The notes beneath the pieces are model-generated. The model made no database searches. It had not been told where the DNA came from and saw only the letters and a program-made list of their open reading frames with translations. Below are positions 18,118 to 24,717 of a stretch of 32,000 nt of DNA, one piece after another; position 1 is the first letter of the stretch, and every line of letters starts with the position of its first letter. The stretch is from Coriobacteriales bacterium OH1046 (GTDB lineage: Bacteria > Actinomycetota > Coriobacteriia > Coriobacteriales > Atopobiaceae), in contig RQYE01000009.1 of NCBI GenBank assembly GCA_004010535.1, positions 1 through 32,000 on the forward strand, in the 5' to 3' direction. The position numbers and the translations under genes are program-made.

Positions 18118-18148
18118 CAGGCCTCGCGGATAGGATCCGCGAGGCCTG
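18118..18148. terminator. Strong stem-loop between two convergent genes (no U-tract)
   Basis: CAGGCCTCGCGGAT agg ATCCGCGAGGCCTG: perfect 14-nt arms, 3-nt loop, between ends of the oxidoreductase and GH3 genes. Confidence 0.6.
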
Positions 18149-18156
18149 GACACACG

Positions 18157-20583
18157 CTAGTTCCTGGCTTTCTCCGGCTTGAGGATCGGATCGACCCTGT
18201 AGGTGGCGACGCGCCCGTCATCGATCACGCCGGACCAGTCGAGGCCATAGGCGAAGTCGTAGATGTTGCCCTCCGAGTCGACGTGGCAGTCCATGTCGCG
18301 CGGCGTATCCTCGAGCTGCGCTTCGACGGCATCCATGCTCGCGGGAAACTGCAGGGGCAGCAGGCCGGAAGGCTCCACCTGGCCGGATGCTATGGCGAGG
18401 AACGCCTCGTTGTCGGAGCCGAAGCTTGCGAGGATGCCCTGGACCCTATCCTCGAACTCGGAAACCACGAGCGGTTTCGAGGCATTGATGCATGCAATGA
18501 CGGGTTTGCCGTCCATAAGCTCGATCGTCGCAAGCAGCTTGTCGAGTTCGGAGGAATTGGAGACCTGGTTGGCCTTGCCCTTGTAGGAGCGGTTCTCCTT
18601 GGAGCCATCTTCAAGGGTATCACCCGAGATCGAGACCTCGCGCACGGAGGCGCCGTCGGCGGTGTAGGAACCGTAGACCAGCGGGATGGGCACGTACTCT
18701 ACGCCCGTGTAGTCGGCATTGAAGACGGCACCCTGGCCGGGAGCGGAACCGGCGGAACCGGCGAACGGAGCGTCCATGAAAACGAGGGCGAAGTCGCAGC
18801 TGGCGATCGTCTCGGCATCGGGATGGCTCATGTCGTTCTCGGTGGGATGCTCCGGATCCTCGGATTCGATGATATCGGTGACGAGATCGATATAGTTGGC
18901 TGCAATCGCAGGGTCGATGCCGCAGTCCCAGCTGGCGGGCGAGCCGGGGATGATGCCACCGTACATGGGCTCGACCTCGGGTGAGAAGGACTGAGGGATA
19001 TATACGCGCGGCTTCTCGGAACGCTCGGCGATGAGACCTCCCGCATTCTTGAGCATGACGATGCCGCGGGTCTGCGCCTCACGGGTAAGGGCAACTGCGT
19101 CAGCGCCGGTGAGCAGGGCATCGACCTTGGAGGAATCAACGAAGGGATTCTCGGAATGGAAGTTCTTGAAGATGGTCTCGAGCACCCGGCGGCCGTGATC
19201 GCGGAAAGCTGCCTCGGCGGCCTCCTCGCCCATCTCGCCCTTCATGATCTCGAGCGCATCCATGCAGAGGTTATCGCTCCCACCGCCGATCTGATCGCAG
19301 CCGGCCATGAAGAGACGGGCGTACCGCTCGGTCTTCGAGATGTCCTCGACGCCCCAGCAGGTGGCATTGGTCTGTTCGGGGTCGCTCGTGACCGACCAGT
19401 CCGAGCAGATAAGGCCGTCGAAGCCGTAACCTTGGCGCAAGAGGTCGATCTTCCATGAGGAATAGGCCGAGCCCACGGGCTCGCCGTATTCCCCATCATC
19501 GCTGTAGGCGATGGAGTAGCTGGTCATGACCGATGCGCAGCGCTCGGTCTTGCCGTCAAGCGTAAGGCCGCCATCCACGAAGGGGATGAGGCTCGTATCG
19601 AAGTTATCGCCCGGATACACGGCGTATTTGCCGGAATCGGTATGCGACTCGCGACCGCTCTCGCCCGTGCCGTCACCGGGGAAGTGCTTCATCATGGCGA
19701 TAACGGAATCCTCGCCCCATCCGAGATCGTTGCCCTTCTCGTCATAGGTGGACTGCAGACCGTCGATAGCGGCGCGCGTCATATCCCGGGAGAGCGCCGG
19801 ATCCTCGCCGTAGGTGCCCTCGATGCGGTTCCAGCGTGGGTCGGATGCGATATCGATCTGCGGGCCGAGCAAGGTCTGGAGGCCGATGGCCCGGTACTGC
19901 CTGCCCTGGAGCCGGTAGATCTGGGAGGCGAACTCGGGATCGAAGGATGCTGCGATACCGAGGCTGCCCGGCCAGCCGGAAAGGGTTTCGGGGTTGCACG
20001 AGATCGTGACGGGAATGCCGTAGTCCTCGGACTCGGCGAGTTCCTGCACCGTATTGTTCCAGCGGGCATGCAGCAGGTAGGGTTGGGTCGAGAAGTTGAT
20101 GGCTTCTCGGATATGGGTGTTCTTCACCAGATCGAGGAAACCCTCGTCGTCCATCGACATACCCGATACATGGAGCAGAAGACCCGATATCCATTCGAGC
20201 GGCAGGATGGCGGCAAGCTCTGCGGCGCGCACGGATGCCGGTTGACGCCAGTCCTCCCACGCAGAGAGCTTGCCGTCGCCGTCGAAGTCCTTGAAGGCGT
20301 AGCCGCCGATCTGGATGATGGGCTTACCGCCCTTGGTGCTTATCGTGGGAGCGCCGTCCTGCTGGACATACCTCTTGAAACCACCCGAGCGTGCGTCGAT
20401 CTCCTCGATCTCGTACTTCGCCGCAACCCCCTCCCCATCGGGATCGATGGGATAGGCGCTCAGGTCGGGCGCTGCAAGGCCTCCCGTGGCGGAGGTCTCT
20501 CCTTCGCAGGCGGCAAGGCCGAGAAGCCCTGCCGCAACCGCAGATCCGGCAAGGAAGTTCCTACGGGTTATCTGTGACTTCAT
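18157..20583 (-). CDS. Glycoside hydrolase family 3 protein, predicted exported lipoprotein
   Basis: N-terminus SQITRRNFLAGSAVAAGLLGLAAC (twin-Arg plus lipobox); GLICSDWSVT catalytic-Asp region; MMKHFPGDGTGESGRESH. Confidence 0.9.
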   Translation of the reverse strand: MKSQITRRNFLAGSAVAAGLLGLAACEGETSATGGLAAPDLSAYPIDPDGEGVAAKYEIEEIDARSGGFKRYVQQDGAPTISTKGGKPIIQIGGYAFKDFDGDGKLSAWEDWRQPASVRAAELAAILPLEWISGLLLHVSGMSMDDEGFLDLVKNTHIREAINFSTQPYLLHARWNNTVQELAESEDYGIPVTISCNPETLSGWPGSLGIAASFDPEFASQIYRLQGRQYRAIGLQTLLGPQIDIASDPRWNRIEGTYGEDPALSRDMTRAAIDGLQSTYDEKGNDLGWGEDSVIAMMKHFPGDGTGESGRESHTDSGKYAVYPGDNFDTSLIPFVDGGLTLDGKTERCASVMTSYSIAYSDDGEYGEPVGSAYSSWKIDLLRQGYGFDGLICSDWSVTSDPEQTNATCWGVEDISKTERYARLFMAGCDQIGGGSDNLCMDALEIMKGEMGEEAAEAAFRDHGRRVLETIFKNFHSENPFVDSSKVDALLTGADAVALTREAQTRGIVMLKNAGGLIAERSEKPRVYIPQSFSPEVEPMYGGIIPGSPASWDCGIDPAIAANYIDLVTDIIESEDPEHPTENDMSHPDAETIASCDFALVFMDAPFAGSAGSAPGQGAVFNADYTGVEYVPIPLVYGSYTADGASVREVSISGDTLEDGSKENRSYKGKANQVSNSSELDKLLATIELMDGKPVIACINASKPLVVSEFEDRVQGILASFGSDNEAFLAIASGQVEPSGLLPLQFPASMDAVEAQLEDTPRDMDCHVDSEGNIYDFAYGLDWSGVIDDGRVATYRVDPILKPEKARN

Positions 20584-20700
20584 GCTCTCTCCTTCGCTCC
20601 GGGGATCGAAATGCGGGCAGCGCGCGCCACGTGGCAGATAGCGCCCGTCGCCCTCTTTATCCCCCCATTCTCGACGCAGGGAAAGGATCCTACAATCATC

Positions 20701-20726
20701 ATTATCCGAATAAGTGTTGGAATAAT
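20701..20726. promoter_or_regulatory. Imperfect palindrome in the GH3/TetR divergent intergenic region, candidate TetR operator
   Basis: ATTATCCGAA...TTGGAATAAT, 8 of 10 positions paired, centred at 20713.5. Confidence 0.35.
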
Positions 20727-20749
20727 GGGAGGGACGTTAGGTTGTCGAG

Positions 20750-21328
20750 ATGAACACGAAGAACAATGCGCGTTGGCGGTCGAGCGAGCGGAACATCATC
20801 GGTGCCGCCATCGACCTCATGCGCGAGAAGGAAGGGGAACTGCCCACCGTCAAGGCCATCTGCGAGCGCGCGCAGGTGAACCGCTCCACGTTCTATGCCC
20901 ACTTCGCCGATGCGGTCGATCTTATCAGGCAGCACGGCGAATCCTTGCAGCGGGATAGGAGGGAGAGAATCGCCGCAGAATCAGGTGCCTGGCATGCTGC
21001 GAAGATAAGCCGTCAGCTTCTCGAGCACATCCGGGACAACCAAGATTTCTATCGGGTAGCGCTTCCCAACTACAGAAGCTTCCTCTCCGACCGCAGCTAT
21101 GTGAAAAACTACGGCGGGCTTTTCGCGCCCGCCTATGAGCACCTGGGTATCGAGGACGAGGACGAGAGGCAGCTCTTCCGCACGTTCATCGACAGCGGGT
21201 TCCAGAGCGTCCTCTCCGAGTGGGTCGAAGGAGGTTGCACGCTCGACATAGCCTCGGTAGGGCATGTTCTCGAGATATGCCTCTCCCTGATGGGACTGGA
21301 GGATCCCCATCCGGATCAGGAGGGGTAG
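20750..21328 (+). CDS. TetR/AcrR-family transcriptional regulator
   Basis: N-terminal HTH IIGAAIDLMREKE...TVKAICERAQVNRSTFYAHFADAVDLI. Confidence 0.85.
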   Translation: MNTKNNARWRSSERNIIGAAIDLMREKEGELPTVKAICERAQVNRSTFYAHFADAVDLIRQHGESLQRDRRERIAAESGAWHAAKISRQLLEHIRDNQDFYRVALPNYRSFLSDRSYVKNYGGLFAPAYEHLGIEDEDERQLFRTFIDSGFQSVLSEWVEGGCTLDIASVGHVLEICLSLMGLEDPHPDQEG

Positions 21329-21485
21329 CGTGGGGACGCGGGGAAGATCACCGGCATCCGGCAGGGGATCCCGTCTCATAGGCTGGTATCGGAAGACGAT
21401 TTCCCATGCGTCCTCCAGGACGGTTGTCTGAGAGGTTCAGAGGCGGGGCCGCCATTGAACTCTGGGCACGGCCGGAACGGAGCCC

Positions 21486-22298
21486 CTACAGCCGCACATG
21501 GACGAGGAACGCCCGATTCGTCCTGTCCGTGACCGCCATGGCGATGCGCGTATAGAGGTTCACCTTGCCTGCGAGGACCTTCCGGGCGGCGGTGTAGAAC
21601 GGGCGGTGCTCGATGAGCCGCACGCCCGCCTCGGATGCGAAGGCGGCAGGCTCGTCGATGGAGAAGTGCATCGCCGCAGCGGTGTTGCCCGTCTTCCTCA
21701 CATATCTGTTGGCATACGCAAGCCCCGTCGAGTTCGTGGCGTCGAAGATGAGCTCGGCATCGGTGAAGCGCTTCTGGGCATTGCGGATGAATCCGAGCAC
21801 GTCGGCGGCATGGAAGTACTGGAACACGCCCGATGCGATCATGAGCGTGGGCGCGGACGCATCGAGGGCCTCGGCCCAGCTCAGATCGAACAGGTCGCCT
21901 GCGATGAGCACCTCGTTTTCCGCCGCACCGAGCATGCTGCGGCGCTCCTCGATGACCTCGGGCAGGTCGACCTCGAAAAACGTCGCATCCTTGGCATCCG
22001 CCCCCATGCGGAAGCAGGCCGTCTCTAAACCGCAGCCCAAGTTCACGATGCTGCAGGCCGGGTGGGCATCGATGAACGTCCGCACCATCTCGTCAAGATT
22101 GTGGTAGCGCGCCACGGAGGCGACCATCGCATACTCGCTCGACCGCTCCGCGATACGGGTTCCGGAAACGGCAGGCTCCAACTCGAGCGCCTTGGCGTCG
22201 AAGAAATACGCGGGGAAGCGCTTCGATGCATATATCCGTGCCGTCAGCGGGATGAACAGCGTCTCCGCCACACCTTGGAATGCACTCACCGCAATCAC
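21486..22298 (-). CDS. LCMT/polyketide O-methyltransferase-like class I methyltransferase
   Basis: VNLGCGLETACFRM and FFEVDLPEVIEERRSML are typical of the LCMT family. Overlaps the upstream gene by 4 nt. Confidence 0.8.
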   Translation of the reverse strand: MIAVSAFQGVAETLFIPLTARIYASKRFPAYFFDAKALELEPAVSGTRIAERSSEYAMVASVARYHNLDEMVRTFIDAHPACSIVNLGCGLETACFRMGADAKDATFFEVDLPEVIEERRSMLGAAENEVLIAGDLFDLSWAEALDASAPTLMIASGVFQYFHAADVLGFIRNAQKRFTDAELIFDATNSTGLAYANRYVRKTGNTAAAMHFSIDEPAAFASEAGVRLIEHRPFYTAARKVLAGKVNLYTRIAMAVTDRTNRAFLVHVRL

Positions 22299-22828
22299 AC
22301 CTGCACTTTCCTGCTCGGATCCATCAGATCTTCCACCGGGATGCGCTCGGGGTAGATCCCGCTGGTCAGGATGCCGGCCAGCAGGCGGTTGTCCAAGATC
22401 ATGTCATCCCTGATCAGCTGCCAATCGCACTTCTTCCTGAAGAGGACCTTGAATATGAGGAAGTTCATGAAAGGGCCGATCACCGGTGCCCGCATGCCGA
22501 AGGCCTCGGTATGGCAGAAACGGCAACCCTGCCCGGTCCTCCAGCCCTCGAAGGTTATGACCGCCATCTTCCTGTCGCTCTCGAAGTCGAAGCGGAAGCG
22601 GTCGTCATCGCGCTCGCTCCTGATGATGGTCCCCGTCACATCGTAATCGAGACCCATGACGATCTCGCGGAAGCGCACCTTATCGCCCACGCCTATACCG
22701 CCCGTGAGCAGCTGGCACGCAAGATGGTAGGGACTCCATCTGACGAACTCCCCCTCGAAATGATCCACCCACCAAAGAAGCCGCTCGAAGGGCGCCTCGA
22801 TATCGATCTGCTCCTGCAACGTGACCAT
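22295..22828 (-). CDS. SRPBCC/START-like ligand-binding protein
   Basis: VTLQEQIDIEAPFERLLWWVDHFEGEFVRWSPYH... and VGDKVRFREIVMGLDYDVTGTI resemble SRPBCC folds. Confidence 0.6.
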   Translation of the reverse strand: MVTLQEQIDIEAPFERLLWWVDHFEGEFVRWSPYHLACQLLTGGIGVGDKVRFREIVMGLDYDVTGTIIRSERDDDRFRFDFESDRKMAVITFEGWRTGQGCRFCHTEAFGMRAPVIGPFMNFLIFKVLFRKKCDWQLIRDDMILDNRLLAGILTSGIYPERIPVEDLMDPSRKVQV

Positions 22829-22831
22829 ATC

Positions 22832-23479
22832 CTACCGATCTTTCCCGTGCCCGCGCAGCATGTTCGACAACCTCTCCCGCATCCCATCGGGCAATCCCAG
22901 CGCCCCCAAGGTGAATTCGACGAGACGGTCGACCAGCTCGTCGTCATCCTCGGCGCACGCCCTCCCCCCGACCATGTGGGAGAAGAGCAGCTCTCCCATA
23001 CCCCCGGTCACGAAGAGGGCGAGGGCATGGGCGGACTCCGCTGCACACAAGCCGGCTGTTGACAGGAACTCTGACCAGAGCCCGGCAAGCTCCTGCGTGA
23101 CCCGCTCGCGCATATCGAGGATGAGGAGGCGATTCTCCTCAGTGCCACCCTCCGCGATGAGCTCCCTGCTTGCGGCCAAGCTTTTCCGCATACCGCCAAC
23201 GAGCAGGGTGAAGCGCTCCTCGATGCCCTTCTCGTCGGAAGCGAAGGCGCCCCGGAAGTCCGCCACGTACTCACGGGCGACCGTCTCGACCACTGCACGG
23301 TACAGCTCGTCCTTCGAGGAGAAGTAGTAATAGAAGACGCTCGGCGAGGAACTCCGGGTAGCCACGGCATCCAAGACGTCGCACACCGAAACGCCTTTGA
23401 AGCCTCGCTCCATGAAGAGCCCCTTGGCCGCATCGATGAATGCTTCTCGACGGATACCCGGATCTTTCCTCGGGCGCAT
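22832..23479 (-). CDS. TetR/AcrR-family transcriptional regulator
   Basis: IRREAFIDAAKGLFMERGFKGVSVCDVLDAVATRSSSPSVFYYYFSSKDELYRAVVE. The ORF-track start at 23494 is a TTG; ATG MRPRKDPG at 23479 is preferred. Confidence 0.88.
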   Translation of the reverse strand: MRPRKDPGIRREAFIDAAKGLFMERGFKGVSVCDVLDAVATRSSSPSVFYYYFSSKDELYRAVVETVAREYVADFRGAFASDEKGIEERFTLLVGGMRKSLAASRELIAEGGTEENRLLILDMRERVTQELAGLWSEFLSTAGLCAAESAHALALFVTGGMGELLFSHMVGGRACAEDDDELVDRLVEFTLGALGLPDGMRERLSNMLRGHGKDR

Positions 23480-23494
23480 GGGAGAACCTTTCAA

Positions 23495-23517
23495 TTAATA
23501 GAATAGTATTCTATTAA
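23495..23517. promoter_or_regulatory. Perfect palindrome upstream of the TetR gene, candidate autoregulatory operator
   Basis: TTAATAGAATA g TATTCTATTAA, 11-nt arms, 1-nt centre, 16 nt upstream of the ATG. Confidence 0.65.
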
Positions 23518-23572
23518 AAGTGTAGCTTGGTTGACTTTATTGTCAAGCCGTTCCCTGTGGGAAAGACCGACG

Positions 23573-24352
23573 TTACCGGGATGCCTGCTCGTCGTAGAGC
23601 GCATCTATCGCCTTGGCGAGCATCTCCGCAGCACCGGGCATCCATGCGTCGTAGTATGCCTTGAAGCGCACGTCGATGAGATAGGAGTGCGCGAGTGCTC
23701 TATGGGCCTCGGGCGCATACAGCCCCTCGGGCCAGAACAGCCGCAGGCCCTCGGCATGCAGCTCGGCTGCGCGATGGGCATGCCCTCCTGCAGCATCCCC
23801 CTCTTCGAGAGCAGCGATGAGCTCGGCTTTCAGCGCGGTTTCGATCTCGGTGCCCCGCCGCCACTCCGCTTGGGAGAACCCCCTCATCTTCTCGCTCGAA
23901 GCGTCGGAGACCTCATCGCCCCAGCGCCTGCGCACTTCTTCTTCATACTCCCGTTCGTTTCTCTCCACGAGATCCCGTTTGAAGGCCTCGAATTTCTCCT
24001 CAGTGCCCATGGGGGCACCTCCTTCCAAGCTCTGCAGCGTCCGTTTGACGCTGCAGATGAGCCTCTCGATGCGCGCCGCGCGCGCCTGCAATTCCTCGAG
24101 ATGCCGGGCGAGGGCATTCCTCCGATCGAATGACGGGTCGTTGAGGATCTTTCGGATATCCGCGAGCCGCAGGCCCATCTCGCGATAGAGCAGCACCTGC
24201 TGCAGACGATCCTCCTCGTCCTCGCCGTAGATGCGGTATCCGTTCGCCGACCGCTGTGGAAAGAGCAGCCCCTGTTCCTCGTAGTGGTGCAGGGTCCTCA
24301 CGGAAACACCCGTCAGCCTTGCGAACTGCCCCACCGAATAACGCCGTCCCAT
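23573..24352 (-). CDS. MerR-family regulator with TipAS-like C-terminal domain
   Basis: YSVGQFARLTGVSVRTLHHYEEQGLLFPQRSANGYRIY; TipAS-like C-terminus (LHAEGLRLFWP..YAPEAHRALAHSYLIDVRFKAYYD). Confidence 0.88.
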   Translation of the reverse strand: MGRRYSVGQFARLTGVSVRTLHHYEEQGLLFPQRSANGYRIYGEDEEDRLQQVLLYREMGLRLADIRKILNDPSFDRRNALARHLEELQARAARIERLICSVKRTLQSLEGGAPMGTEEKFEAFKRDLVERNEREYEEEVRRRWGDEVSDASSEKMRGFSQAEWRRGTEIETALKAELIAALEEGDAAGGHAHRAAELHAEGLRLFWPEGLYAPEAHRALAHSYLIDVRFKAYYDAWMPGAAEMLAKAIDALYDEQASR

Positions 24353-24414
24353 TGCCCCCCTCCCCTTGCATCGGCATCCCACCTGCGAATCTGCGGCCGC
24401 ACCTCGCAACAAGG

Positions 24415-24445
24415 ATGCTACATCCTCACGTTACGTGAGGGTCAA
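24415..24445 (-). promoter_or_regulatory. MerR-type promoter/operator upstream of the MerR-TipAS gene
   Basis: Minus strand: TTGACC - 19 bp - TAGCAT with embedded CCTCACG taa CGTGAGG dyad (24424-24440). The 19-bp spacing and sequence match TipA-type sites. Confidence 0.75.
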
Positions 24446-24491
24446 GTGCTATTCTGATCCATCTACGCCGTACCCTACGCCCCTCTTATCA

Positions 24492-24537
24492 CCAGCAAGA
24501 CCCCCGGTGACTGTACAGTCACCGGGGGTCTTGCTGG
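24492..24537. terminator. Perfect 46-bp palindrome, possible terminator or regulatory cruciform
   Basis: CCAGCAAGACCCCCGGTGACTGTACAGTCACCGGGGGTCTTGCTGG, no mismatch and no loop. Confidence 0.5.
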
Positions 24538-24637
24538 GAACATGTCCCTTTAAGCCCTGCGCGGGAATCTTTCTCGGCGCGTTTCCCCAAGAAGGCTCTT
24601 ATCGACTGTACAGTCGCTGAAAGTCGTACTGGGAAAA

Positions 24638-24674
24638 GGAAAAGACCAGAGAGCAGCGTCTCCGGTCTTTTCCT
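24638..24674 (-). terminator. Candidate rho-independent terminator after the surface protein gene
   Basis: AGGAAAAGACC ... GGTCTTTTCCT arms; minus-strand transcript continues into a T-rich stretch (ggtcttttccttttccc). Confidence 0.65.
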
Positions 24675-24717
24675 CTGAACGCTAGTCGCGCGGACCTCAA
24701 GCCGACCGAAATCGCCA

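Noticed and set aside
19642-20577. 311-aa plus-strand ORF
   Set aside because: Antisense to the GH3 gene; no domain signature.
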